A stretch of DNA of 63,950 nt, filler included, from Bipalium vagum (GCA_037834085.1; 3 parts of 3 records of this genome joined end to end with filler, not necessarily neighbours in it); one strand, 5' to 3'; numbered from the whole stretch's first letter, positions 14,078-28,400 are shown. The notes: a model not told the origin generated them from the sequence alone. Translations and numbers: made by a program.

Positions 14078-15229
14078 TATGGTGGCTACTGAAAGACTGA
14101 ACGATGTAAAAAAACTTTTACCAAAACGTGTATTTTTAATTTTTATTATTGTATTTATAAATATAAGTTATGGAGTTATTTCAGGATTATGTATGGAAAA
14201 TCACATTATTCAAATGGCAACCACTTTGTTGCTCACGAATACAGACTCTTTTCAGTGCGTTTTCCGTGGTAGTTTGTGAGGTTTCAGATCTCAAATTTCG
14301 GATTTCAGCTTGAATGTTAACCCTAAGATCATAGATGGTCTTAGCTTTGTTTATGTAAGCCATGTCTTTCAGATTTCCCCACAAAAAGAAATCCGGAGTC
14401 GACAAGTCAAGTGAACGTGGAAACCAATTAAATTCTGAATTTTTAGAAACTATTAGTTTACCGAAATTTTCTCTGAGGATTTTCATTGCTGCTTTGATAA
14501 TGTGCGCAGTAGCTCCATTCTATTGATTTTCTTGGATCGCTGGATGTAAAAACATTTCAATCATTGTCCTATACCGAGCACCTCATATGGACCAATAATT
14601 CTGTCAGCCATAACGCCGCACCAAACAATGCATTTTTGTGGATGCAATTGATGATGGTGTAATTCTCTTGATTCAATTTATCCAGAATCTGTTGTTTTTC
14701 TTGTTGATGCAACCATTCAAACAGAAATGAGCTTCATCACTCATCAAAATGTTCAAAAATTGATTTTCAACTTTGGTCATTTGCTGAAATTGGATAGCGT
14801 TCTGAAAGCGCTGATGAGTATCCTGGGTTTTCAAAGATTGAACCATTTGAATTTTGTAACGGAACAGTAAGGGAACGAATAGATATATATGGATCCTGAA
14901 GTACACTCTGCTGTACACATTGCACGACTGCGTCCGACAGGTACTTTTTCCGGTAAGATCTGCAACTGATCCAGTATTTTCAAAACGAGCAACTAGGTCC
15001 CGAATCGTGTTTTTAAACATTACATTAAAATATATCCGATATCATCTTTGTGTTAAAATAATAGACTTATCATTCGAATAGAATAACTCTATTAGTTTTA
15101 CTCGTTGTTGAATATCATATATACTCAATTTAAATCTCCAAAGGATGCTTAATATCTAAAAAAATTTTAAAAATCATTATTATATTCATTTTTAAATTAT
15201 TTTTAAATAGTCTTTTAGTGGCCACCCTG
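14078..15229 (-). mobile_element. Tc1/mariner-superfamily (maT/DD37D-like) transposon, disrupted
   Basis: Imperfect TIRs TATGGTGGCTACTGAAAGACT / AGTCTTTTAGTGGCCACCCTG. ORFs give RFENTGSVAD, ILMSDEAHFCLNG and WFPRSLDLSTPDFFLWGNLK. Confidence 0.9.
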
Positions 15230-15837
15230 CACATTAATGAAAAAACGATAAAGCTTATGAAACGATCTAATCTTTAAATTATGGTACTAAAGTTATTAAA
15301 TCACCTAGTTTACGGGTCAATACTACTCATCTGTAATGATGAACACCCTAAAAAGAATATAATTCAGTACAGTAAAATCGAAAAAAATGAGATTAATGTT
15401 TAATGAAGTATTAAATCAGTAAAAATTTTCAACAGGAAATTGTGGCATTCAAAGAAGAACTAGGAATAGCTATTGTTGCAGTTATAGTTAATGGTAATCA
15501 AAAAGATAATTGTACCAAAAAAAATTATTCGATATTCTTATGATAAACCAAAGAAATCAGTCAATAAAGATATCAATAAAATATCATTGAAACTACCCTT
15601 TTTCTTAAAAACGATAAATACTGTGGATTCCTGTCGATCACAAATAACTGATGCATTTAAAAGGTTATTGAAGAATTATTAAAATTATTCAGTCTTTAGT
15701 TCCTGGAGCTCGTTTTAAAATTAACAACTATTGACTTAGAAAGTAAATAAATCATTAAAATTGATATTTAGATCAATATTTAAATAATTTGTGATTGGAG
15801 AACATGTGAAATTAAGTTTGAATCCTATGATGATCTA

Positions 15838-17036
15838 CATGGTGCCCCAAAAGTCTCCGGTGAAGTAGGCTTTGATGTTTCTTATGCAGTTTGAGCTATT
15901 TAACGACTTGTTTTATAAATTGAAAGACAAATCTTCAAAGTTTATAATAAAATAATTTACAGTAATTGTTTAAAATGACTACCACTAACTGAAATACATA
16001 AACTCGTTCTTTTTACAATATTTAAAAATACAAATTCAAAGATTCTCTTATAATACTTTTTTTTCTTCAAAGATCTATGTTTTCAAATGTTCAATATTTT
16101 TAATTTCAGATTTGAAAACTTTCTTCTTAAAATGGCCTGATAACCAGAAGTCAACAGATGTTAAATCTGATGATCATGGAGTTCATTGGACCACTTCTTA
16201 TGAACCATTTGGCTGGAAATTGATCGTTAAGATACTGTCGCACATCTTTTGAAAAATGTGCAGGAGCTCCATCTTGCTGAAATATCAAACACCGTACTTT
16301 GTGCAATTTTCTCACTTTAAAAATGAAATGGTATTGAAGTATTGATAGATAATTTTGGCCGTTTAGTCTCACAATCGAAGAAATAAGGACAGATAATTTA
16401 ATTCCTTGGCAATGTACACCAAACATTGTCTTTCAAAGATTTCATGAATCTCAGAATTAACATATGAATTAGTTTCTTTCCAATATCTGATGTCATTTTT
16501 ATTTATTAATCCGTTATCATCTAAAAAGAAAATATTTTTTTGAATATCAACATTTTCTAAAATCGAGATCAGAGTTTGTAACTTCTCGTCTTTGTCTTGC
16601 GAATCTTCATGTATTTCTTTTGTTAAATGAAATTGATAAGATTTCAATGACAATTTTATAATTCTTTGTGTTTTTGTTCGTGAATTGGAGTAGGTGGATC
16701 ATTTTCACTGATCACCTTTGGTCTTCCAGAATATTCTAGGTATTCTACTGATACAGTTTTCAAAAACAATGAAAGGTCCCTCAAACTGCTTTCACTCAGT
16801 GCGTTTTTCCCTAATTCAGTATATAATTTTTTTACCACGCATTTTGACTCGAAATTGGCCATTAATAATAAAAATTTTATTCTGATGTTCATAGGAACCG
16901 CCATTTGCTAACTCTAATATTAAAATAGAACTTAACCTTACATACTTCAATATTATACAAATAAAAAATTCAAGTGGATTGAATTAAATGAAAAATATTT
17001 AGATTTACTTTTACCGAGGACTGCTGGGACACCTTG
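15838..17036 (-). mobile_element. Tc1/mariner-superfamily (maT/DD37D-like) transposon, disrupted
   Basis: TA on both flanks; ~28-bp imperfect TIRs (CATGGTGCCCCAAAAGTCTCCGGT / ACCGAGGACTGCTGGGACACCTTG). Three broken ORFs with YSGRP, FQQDGAPAHF and YLNDQFPAKW. Confidence 0.9.
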
Positions 17037-17339
17037 TATGTAACTAAATTAACACTTGAAAGTGTGTTTCAAGTGCATTTAAAATAAATGATTTCTTCAA
17101 ATATTTCGATTACATAAAAAAGCCCTGAATTTATTAATTGGGTCGATGAATAGTAATTATTTGAAGTCCCAAAATATATTCAAAAGGTATATATTACACA
17201 CATGTATGTATTCCACCACTTAGTATTTCTTTGTGAATAATTAACTTTTTGTAATTTTCGTAGTTTGTCTGAAGTGCCATTTAAGTGTCATCTATTTATA
17301 TATTTGAATTTTTTAAAAATTTAAAAATAGTTTAGATCA

Positions 17340-17910
17340 GGAAGTTTGACCCAGAAATCCTTACAATTATGATTATTTTTAAGAAAACTACAATAGAAGC
17401 ATAAAATAGTAAGGTTTATGGCTACTGTACTATACCTAAAAGAGATTATCAATTATACTTTCAAATACTGAAAACAAAAGATTTTGATTTATGGTCAAAA
17501 CACATTTTGTACTATTAACAACTGAAACCAAGAGAAATAGTTACTGACAATTTATCCTAAACCCATTACTGTTCAATGATAAACTCAGACAAAAATAACT
17601 AAAATGAGAAGTACAGTTTTCATGCTACATAACAACATCAATCTTTTGCTGGAAAACCTGTCACAGGCACAGTAAAAGAGTTTTGATATAATTTGTTATC
17701 CCATCAGCCGAACTCATCTAGTAGGTATTCGTTGGATTCTGACTTTTTTTGGTCGATAGGAGAACAGAGTTTCAAGAATTATGAAGATGTCAGAAAATAA
17801 CTAAATGATTTGACTCTCTCTGACCTAAATCAATTTTCCTGTGATGCAACTCATGAATTGGAAAAAAGTTGGAAATATTATTAATAAGGAAAATTATTTT
17901 AATATAAATG
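17340..17910 (+). mobile_element. Highly degenerate mariner catalytic-domain remnant
   Basis: Fragments FMLHNNI and LSHQPNS..DSDFFWSI lie in mariner order. Confidence 0.45.
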
Positions 17911-18509
17911 TAATAGCTTTTTAATTACGTTGAATTTTTAATTTTTTGACTACAAAACATTAAGGACAATGTTTCTTTATCTATTGCAATATTATAGGTC
18001 AAATTATACACATTGCATATATTAAACTTATATTAAGATTATTTTATACAATAATTATTGTACACATGACCTGTTCATCACCCAATATGTATAATTTGAC
18101 CTACAACATTGCAATAGGTAAAAAAACATTTTCCCAATATTTTATATTTAATTTGTTTAAATTTCCACAGAAAACTAAAATTTCTGAAAATAAATACTAA
18201 AAAATATATAAATTTTCTCAATCTACTGTGCCAACCATCAAATGCAATGACATCAAGATTCACGAAATGTTTTTTTCGCAATGAGAAGGATACAGTCGAA
18301 AATTGTACCGCTTTTGAACTGATTAAGACTCTACTTATGTGGCTTGAAGAGAGATGTAATTAAAATTGCATGATATCCGGCCAGTGAAAAAAACTATGTT
18401 CAAATAAATTTTACTTATAAGCCAGATATATCATGGATTTTTTATATATACTGTATATATATTATATATACTTATATTATATATATTGTATAATATTAAT
18501 TACAATCGC

Positions 18510-19211
18510 ATTAAAGGAGAAAAGGCAAGTTCTGACATTTCTGCAGCTGATTCTTACATTGCCAACACCTTACCGAAATTAGTTACCGGGTATGATACTG
18601 GAAATATATAACGCAGATGAGACTGCATTATTTAATAAACCATTATCCAATGGACATTAAATTTTTTAAAAATGGATCCAATAGCTGGTTATAAAAATTC
18701 TAAAGAAAAGTTAACTTTTAACTTTAAATGATGAAAATTATATTGATGAGATCATGAAAAGAGAAGGTTTTGATCTTTTTTGTGGATCTGATAAGGAACC
18801 TATGACCTCGATACTAACAGACACGGATATCTGCGAGGGGAAGATGATTTTTTTACTGAAACTAACTAATTGACGAAGTGGAACAACATATCAGCGCTAA
18901 AGACTAGTTATCCTGTCATTTACATTCGCGAATACCTTCAGAAAAACAATCTTAGTGCTGAAATGGGCTTAAGTTTGTAATCCTAAATAAACCACAATGC
19001 TATAAGCAGATATTCATACCGGACTTGTTTTAAAAAAATTAAATGATATGTAACATACTTATTATTTTAGAATCAATATTCTTTTTTTTAATTAATATTG
19101 CACTAAAATTATTGTGTAATCATATTAAGTAAACTTCTTTCAATACGTTATATCTGTTATTACGACAATTTTTCAATGTCCGGGCAATATCGTATTAGGC
19201 GAAGTCTACTG
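18510..19211 (+). mobile_element. Tigger/pogo transposon remnant
   Basis: GEKASSDISAADSYIANTLPKLVTGY..IYNADETALFNKPL..GYKNSKEKLT. Right end ..CGTATTAGGCGAAGTCTACTG|TA is Tigger-like. Confidence 0.85.
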
Positions 19212-19286
19212 TATTATATTAGGTTGTCTAATAAATTCGTGCCGTTTTTAAAATGCAAAATTTTTATTTATAACATATGTACATTA

Positions 19287-19386
19287 NNNNNNNNNNNNNN
19301 NNNNNNNNNNNNNNNNNNNNNNNNNNNNNNTTAATTAATTAANNNNNNNNNNNNNNNNNNNNNNNNNNNNNNNNNNNNNNNNNNNN
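19287..19386. other. Artificial scaffold spacer (44N-TTAATTAATTAA-44N)
   Basis: Exactly 100 bp with a six-frame-stop 12-mer at 19331-19342. Same layout as 47242-47341. Confidence 0.92.
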
Positions 19387-19490
19387 AACTCTTTCAGTTA
19401 TCTTTTGTTTTAGATTAATACCATTTTAAAATCCCGGAGTGACTTATCGAACACCCTGTATATTAATAAAATATGATAATAATGATTTAC

Positions 19491-22400
19491 CCAGTAATAA
19501 AATGATTTCACATTGCGGTATGTCTGAACTCCTTTCGGCCTCCTGAGTAACATCAGTTAAATCTAATATTTCCTCACTTGCGTTTTGGTTCTGTGTCATT
19601 GTAAAATTTGATCCAGATGAATCCAGTATTATTGGATCTTTTGAGGAAGACTTCGAAAAATGAGGCACTTCTAACCCATTAAGTAAGGATGCGTAAAATC
19701 GAAGAATAAATAAAACCTCCTCGAATTTCTTCTTTAAATATATTATAAATCTGTTCCAAAACCAATGTGTCTTGACCATCGGCATCAATCTACGGGTTTT
19801 GATTAATATTATTGAAGGATAATGAAAATAGTTTTAAATTTCTTCATATAAAAAATCTGATAAAAGGTTTAAAATTGTCTTGTGTCATATAGAAATTTGA
19901 TATTTATAGAGATGGGTTTGAAAAGTTTTATCCGATTTTGATTTCCTTTATAACACTAAAAAATTGAATGACAATAAGATATTATATATGTGAATTTATT
20001 TATATAATAATAAATATAAATAATAGTTGTATGTATCATAGTTGACAAAGACTAACTGTTCGAATTGTTGTCGTGATGCAACAAATTGTCTTTCATCCAG
20101 TCTACAAGGTATATATGTCTGTGCAAACAACTACTAGACTGGATTTGGAACAAGAAGCTGCTGTACAAAAATCAGAAATCATTAAGGCAGTTCAAAGGTT
20201 GTTCCGAACACAATGTCAAGCTGACTATGAAAATAGAGAAATCAGTTTCATCGATATTCCAAATGCATTTGGACGTGTGACGACCAGAGTTATCTTAGAT
20301 ATATTAGAAAGGCACAGGTAGAAGATAACTAATCGAAGACCTGTATCAGAATTATCATACTCCAGTTTTCGGCGAAACCATTAATACCTAGCATATAGAA
20401 GTTAAGAAGGGAGTCAGACATGACTGGCCGTTATCTATGTTACTGTTTAACAAGTGATGAATACAGTGCTGACAGAGAACCACCTATAATTCCTCCAGCT
20501 GTACTTTATTACTTGCATACGCAAACGACTTACCTTTCGTTACCAACAACATTGGAGATCTGCATACGTGGTGAATGACAGTTAACATCTCGAATTTTGT
20601 TTCTTAAATCTCCCCAAGAAATGGGATAGAATGATAAATAACAACCCAATACCAAGAGTGCAGAGTGATACAGATACTTTGGTAAAGAAAGGAAACTTAA
20701 AATAGAACGAAACCATCATCATACCTATGAATCGTTGAAGAATTTACTGCCCAAAATTCGCAAGTGTGCTATATCCGTGGTAGACCTCAAAAGTCTTAAA
20801 AACATTCCTTGATCCGAAACTAATTTTTGCGTTCCACAACTATAGTACAACGGTAATCTATTTAAGATGCTCTAAAACTACAGCAAAAAATGAAGTTACA
20901 TATGATATTCTATATTTCATTCTTAGAAGGAATTCACGGGAATTACTATCACAATGGTAGTCGTCTCCAATTGGATATTTATACTGCCAGATAGAATATT
21001 GAGAACTGAGTTGTATATCACATTTGATGAACACATAACTAAATCAATCATACACGCTTATTAAATTCGGTTTACTGTTAATCCATGCATTGATTATTGA
21101 CATAATTCGGTCTTTGTTTGCGAGCGTTTTGCATTGAAAAAACGACTTTAAAGAAGAAAGCAGATTATTATTAAAAAAAAATATTTAGAGAACATTACAA
21201 GAAAATTGATTAGAAATATTTTTTTGGAAAACAAAGAATATTGTGATCCAATACCTAATAGTGTATAAAATTTTCTTTCTTTTGGCATTATGACATTCAG
21301 GTCAGTATCATCATAACATGTCCTCCAAGTTCCAATCACTGTAATTTTGTATTAAAAATATTTTTCTTCCGCTTCACGACTAGTTTTTTTAAAGAAACGG
21401 AAACAACAATCTCATAATTTAAAAAATAATTAGACATCAATATAATGTACACTTAGGGTTCGTGTCTATCATGAATACTCTTACTGCTTACCAGACAATG
21501 TGAAATAAATGTTATAAAAATCTTCATGTCTTGGTGAGAGAGTAATTTCCTACATTTATTAGGCTGTTCAGAAAGTTTTGCATGTTTTTTGTTTATATAC
21601 AATAAAGTTGTAAGTGTTCAAATAAATTATTTAAAGACTATTTAATATTGTGTAAAATTTAAAACCCTACATATTGCTCTCTTTAAAGTATTATTCTGTT
21701 TTGCTTTTAAATTAAGATTTGATTACCCTTTTCCCATTTAAATGTAAGATCTCGTGTCGTGACTTGCTCCAAATTTATTTAAATAAGTTTCGACTCAGTA
21801 CAAAAGCAGCTGGTCGAAAAGTTAATGAAGTTTGGAACCATGATACTTTGAATCAGTCAACAGTACAACGTTAGTACCAGATGTTCCATAATGGAGATTT
21901 ATCCCTTGAAGATGCAGAGCGAATTGGTTCTCCTTCCAAAATTGATGACAAGGACTCAAAGGCTCTAGTGGAAGAGGATACGCGAACAACAATAAGAAAA
22001 CTTGTCAAAAAAATAGTTGACAGTAATTGCACAGTTTTCAGTCACATGAAGCAAATCTGTAAGACAAAGAAGCTGGACACGTTGGTTCCACAAGAGCTAA
22101 CCATAATATAAACAAAATGAAGAGCTATGAGATATTCTCAGAACTCATTTTGAAGATGAAAAACGAGCCATTTCTTCATCGTCTGATTACTTGTGATGAA
22201 AAATGGTTGCTATATAACAATATTAAACGTTTAGCATAGTGATTAAACAACGGTGAATGCAACCAAAACCGTGTCAGCACAAAAAAAGATAATGGTTACG
22301 GTATGGTGGTGTTCAAAATGAGTGATTCATTACGATAATCTGGAAAAGGAAGAAATTATAACATTAGAGAAATACTGCCTAGAAATTGATATTATGCAAG

Positions 22401-25400
22401 AAAATTAGAAAAAATGTACGCAGCATTTATCAATAGAAAAGGTCCAATTCTATTGCATGACTATGCCCGTACTCACATGTGAACCAAACCATAGATAAGC
22501 TTAAAACCATAAATTATGACATTTTACCCCATCCACCGTACTCGCCCGATCTCTCGCCAACTGATTTCTATTTATTCAAACATTTACAAAATTAGATAAT
22601 TGGAAAAAGATTACAGAACGAAATGGTGCTAAAAAGAGAATTTGAACAGTTCATTGTCTCCATATCTACCGAATGGTTAATCTACCAATTTGTTATCAAA
22701 AGCGTGTAAATCACATGGGTTTTTATTTTAATCAATAAACCTTTTGTTTCGGCTAATTTATACTGTTCAAAAATGAAGGTAAAAAAACGTGATAAAATTT
22801 CTGAACCTAATATTATGCTCAGGAAAACTAAGAGAATTTTGAAAGTAATAAACTAGATTCGGTAAATAGAGAGAGCCATTCCTATCAAAACAACACACAA
22901 TCAAACTTAAAAAGAAAATTTAGAAAATTAAAAAAACATGATTTGGAACTTTTACATAACTTCAATACAATCTTAATCTTCCTAGTACTACTACTTGTTT
23001 CAATCAATGTAGCATTGGAAAATTTAATACTTATAAAGCAATAAAAATTGTTGTCTCGATTTATTTGATTTCAGACAGTGTGGTTTTAACAAAAATGATG
23101 TTTTGTTAATGGAATTACATTGTGGAAAGAAACAAACGTTATTTCTTTCATTATTGTACCTATTCTGTGAAAGATTTTTTTAGTTAAAGTTTTTCAAAAT
23201 AAGTTATTGTTTATGAGATTGTCTTTTTTTTAAAAATGCAAACAGCAATAGTCATTTTTTTTCTTATCAATACTTTATATTTGTTCCATTTTAAACCCAT
23301 TATCATTACAAAAAGAAAGGTAAAATATTAAGATTTATATTAATTAAAAGATAAAAAAATTATTTTTATTTATTTTTGGCAATTTAAGATAATGGTGAAT
23401 TCTTCATGAAATATAGAACAAAACATTAGGTAATATTTTTAAAAGTCAATTAATATTATAATTATAATTATAAAAGTATTTTAATAATATAATTAAAAAT
23501 ATTTACAGTCAAATTTTGTTCCCATGCCATATAGCTACTCTGCCACTCAATATTATTCCACTTTACTAGATTACGACAAAATTAAATACAAAATAAATTT
23601 ACTGTACCACCTCGGACTCTCGCTACTATACCACTATTCTGTGGCTGTTAAAAGACACGAATCGTGAAAAGTCTGTATTTTTGTGTATCAGGATTAAGCA
23701 CACAATGCTCTCCCAAATAACAACTACACAAGACAACCACAGCACATACAGCGACAAGTCTTTAACTGAATCTCATAAAAGACACAAAAGCGCGAGCTTA
23801 CATAAACACTCGCACAAAGTCTTTCTTCCATCGACTATTGTCAAGAGATGAAAAGTGGATCTATTTTGAAAATTTCAAACGTACCAAAGCATGGGTTAAC
23901 CAAGGTCAATCATCAAAACAAACTACAAGACCAGACCCCTTCGCAAAGAAAACAATGCTCTGCATCTGGTGGGATCAGCATGGCGTGGTGTACCATGAGC
24001 TTCTCAAACCAAGGGAAAGTGTTAATTCAGAGAAATACCAAAACCAAATAGCCCAGCTGAATCAGTCTATAATAGTTAAACGTCCAGAATAGATCAATAA
24101 ACATGGCAAAGTAATTCTTCTACATTTCAACGCAACGTATCACACTTCTAAAGCAGTTAAAAGTGTTGGGCTTACCCAAAACACCCACCTGTCACAAATG
24201 AAAATTGTAAAATTGTTGCTCAAAATAATAAGAATAATAATTATAACTGTGAAATTGTGCACAAGATTACAAAAATAATAATCATAATAATAATACTAAG
24301 AATAATAATTAAATAATAATTTTAGCTAATTAAAAAGTAAAAAGTTAATTAAAAAGGAAAAAAGGCAATAAATTATTTTTTAGGATCCAATCTTGACACT
24401 GGCGAACCTAAATTTCCAAGATTAGATCAGGGTCCACAAGTAGGGACCGATTTAAGATTAATGATCCTAAAAGAGAATAGACATTTCCTATAAATAAAAT
24501 TGGTCTATGACTGATTAGTCGTCGACCAAAATACTACATAAGGAGAAGAATTTCCCCAAAAATTCATTGAAGAAGACTGTTATTCATTGACGGAGAAGAC
24601 GGTATTGACAAGGAATTCATCATCGTTGAAATTTACAAACAAGTAATTATGTATTCCATTCGTCTGGGATTTTGTGTGAGTTCCCCACCAGAGAGCTATT
24701 TCTGAGCAACTGTAAAGGCTCAGCTAATAGTCCGGGAAGCTTAAACGAAGATAACTCGTAAGCTTATTCCATTTTTTTATTTATCTTAATTTTATTTTTG
24801 GTTAAACCTTAGTAATTTGATTATATTATTTCATAATTATTGATTAACTTTAAGTATCCATTTGTTTTTCTTGACTCGATATTATTAACTGTTGTGTTTG
24901 ATTGATTATTTAAGACATTTGCAGACATTTCAGATCCTATTGTGATTTCCTTCTCTTGAGTTTGACGATTTTGTGTTATTGTTATCATTGTGAGATTTAG
25001 TGTGAAGTTTGTGTTGTAAATACAAGTTATCGCTTCTCTAATTGTTATTATTTTTGCCTAAGAGTTGGAGTCAGGTTTAATCTTTGATACACTAGTTAGT
25101 GAACAAAAGCATGATAAAAGATATGAAATGTGAAGTACTCATTCTCCTTCCGATTTTCACCTGTTCCGTTCAATGGAACATGGACTTGCTGAACACCACT
25201 CCAAATCTTACGAAGATGTCCAAAATTGGGTCTCTGGATGGTTCGCCTCGAAACCAGAAGAGTTCTTTTTGGGTGGCATCTATAAATTGACTGAAAGATG
25301 GAAGAAATATGTGGATAACAATGGCCATTATTTTGAATAAATTAATTTTTATTTTTGTTTCAAAATTACCATGCTTCGGTTATGAAAAAATCCGCATTAT

Positions 25401-28400
25401 TTATTTGTACCCATAATAAATAAGTGAGTAGTCAAAGAAATAATTACCATACAGTTACATTGGTTATAATACTAACATTTATTATTTACTATTTTTACTA
25501 TTATTATAGTATGAAATATATTATATATATTTCTTCAAAGTGTAATTTTTATCTTCTTTAAAAGTGCTTAAATCTTCATTTATTCATATTCTTTCTTTAA
25601 GAGGAATTTATTAAAAATAATCTTTTAATATTGAAAAAAATTTTCTCTTTGTGGAAAAATTATAACACTTTTGACTTATAAAATAAATTATTATATTATT
25701 TTGATAAAATGCATTTCATAGATTACCTTTTCCCCTTGAAGTGACTCCATTGAAAATCGTAGAAAATAAAGACATTAGAGTATATTTTGAAGCCATTGAC
25801 TTTTTAAATTAATTTTTATACTTTTAATTAAAAAACTTTTAAAATTAGATGAAATGACTTTCTCAAATCTTTAGACGAGAAAATTATTTGGCTCTTCCCT
25901 TTGTCTTTTGATAAATATCTTTTTGTATTTTTAATGTCTCAGTCACCATTTGTAGCTATTGACAACTCAGATGTGGGTGACCAAACAAGAAATCATAAAT
26001 AAGAATTAGTACAACTCTAAATCTTTGATGTTTCGAAAGGAAATTCCAAATAAAAAGCATTCCCCAATTTGAAAACCTTCGAATAACAATTTTATTAAAT
26101 CCTGGACCAAGAACGCATATTAAAAGTTGTTTAAAAAAGTTATGCAATGTATTTATAATTTAGTTCTAGAATGTATCAACGAAGGCGTTGACACATGAAA
26201 AACTAAGTTTAGAAAAACCGGAAAGTAGTAATTAATCGAAAACCTGATGAACAAACAAAAATCACCTAAATAAAGTTGAGCCGTCTTAAAAGATGTTGTC
26301 ATAAACAAAGTCAGTTGTCATTTGATAAAAAGCGTTTATTTGAAAAATAAATAAATAAAAATATGTAATATTAATAATATTAATAAATAATAACAATAAT
26401 AATCATAATAAATCTGTCGGAATTTATTGCAAAATGAAAAAATTTAAGATTCAATTATGATTAAACTGAACTTTTTGGGAATAAAACCGAAAATAGCTTT
26501 AAAAAAATTACCACTCTCAGCTTTCCGAGATCGTCGAAATATTTGCAAACTGGCAGTGTATTGGATTTATAATTGACAATTCGTTGAGAAATTGCCATAT
26601 TATTGTGGTCTCGCCATCCTTCTCTGAAAGGCCTGGAAGAAATGAGTTTGTGACAAACATCCTCGTCACAATCTACTAAGATCATAAATTTTACTTTGTC
26701 CATTCCGATCTAGAACAAGCATTTGTCAACACACAACAAACCGGAACAATCCTCAAACCAGTTTCACAAAATCCTCCCTTTCCTTTAATGTCCTCGGATA
26801 ACCATCAATGAGAAAATTCTGTTTGTCCGCATGCTTGTTTAATTCTTTGAGAAGTATTTCTAACATCAGATCCTAAAACAAATTCAGGTACGTAATTGTT
26901 AACTTGTGAAATTAATTTTTAAAAATTTAATTTAAAAATGAAAAAATAATTTAATTAAAATTTAATATTAAATTCAAAAATCAAATTATATCTTGCCAAT
27001 ATTATTTTCGTAGTAGGTTTTATTCTCCCTTTTCTGACCCTTTGCCTTTCATAAGATACTTTAATTAATTTTATCCTAAAAAGGTCTCTTTTGAATTCGA
27101 ATTTATTAATTAAGACGTAAAAGTATTTTTTTAACATCGTAACACTATAATGTTACATAAATGGTGACATTTTGCTGTTCAGATTTTAATAATTTAAAAT
27201 CTCCGCCAACGGCTGTTCACGTGATCATTCATTTTGTAAAAAAGATCAAATGCGCTCATATTCGAAAATTCAATTCAGATTAATTATTAAACCCGTTTTG
27301 ACAATGTAAGTCACATTCAAATCGTTGATAAAATCAGAAATTAAAACTAAGACGGCTGAGAGATTATAATTTATTATTATTCTCGTATTTAATTTGAGTT
27401 AATTTTATAAAATTATGTTAATAAAATTATAAAATTTATTAATAAAATGTTATTATTATGAGGCTGATCAGACCTGGGGAATTTTTTAATTATTTAAAAT
27501 ATTTAAAAAGTATTTATAATGAAATTTTAAAAATAAACTTATTTTTAAAAATTTATTTAAAAAAAGCAATTTTCATGTCTGAGAAAACTTGTAGTCCTGC
27601 TGTGGTCGCCATGTTAATATCAATCGGTTTATTCTCAGAATTAGAAGACATTTTTTGAATAGATTTATTAAGTAATAAAACAAATAATATTTTAACAAAT
27701 TTTCTCAGACCTGGAAATTCTTTTTTTATTAAATTTTCAAAAAAAATTTATTTTTAAAATTTCATTTATACTTTTAAATATTTTAAAATATTTAAAATAA
27801 TTAAAATAAATAATTAAAAAATTCCCCAGGTCTGATTAACCTCCTGATAAATATTATTTGTTTTATCACTTAATAAATCTATTCAAAAAATGACTTGCAG
27901 TTCTGATTATAAACCGATTGATATTAAAATTATTATTATTATTATAAAATTTAAATTATAAAATGTTATATTTCATAATTGGAACTAATTAATCATAAAA
28001 TTATTCTTTTTAAGAAAATTATTCTATTGATTGTGTCCTCAACATTTTTCTATCCAAATATAATCATACTTCATTAGATTCAATTTCTAAAGGAAATTGA
28101 ACTCTGTCCTCATTAATAAGCGAAAATAATTCACAAATATAAAAGTACTGCTTAAGAAAGAAAATATTTTGTCAAAAATTGAAATCATAATTAATTGTCA
28201 AAATATCTTAATTGAATTTTTTCAACAAAGATTCATTTGCTCATAATAAATGATTGACTGTTGAAATTAATTAACAATTTATGTCACAATTTTAATCGGA
28301 TCGCATCTGAACACGAGATAGATTAAAAAGGAATACCAGATAAATAATATTTATAATATTAATATTACAACAGTCTTATCAAATTACAGTGAAAAAAAAC

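Noticed and set aside
19331-19342. TTAATTAATTAA palindrome as a biological motif (also 47286-47297)
   Set aside because: Centred in exactly 44+44 Ns twice; an assembly linker.
25720-26290. Possible extra AK5 exons (ICVLGPGFNK, DLIKLLFEG.., NGD*DI)
   Set aside because: Stops and incompatible phases; the phase-0 exon that follows KLRV is at 19789-19717. Possibly a decayed retroelement.
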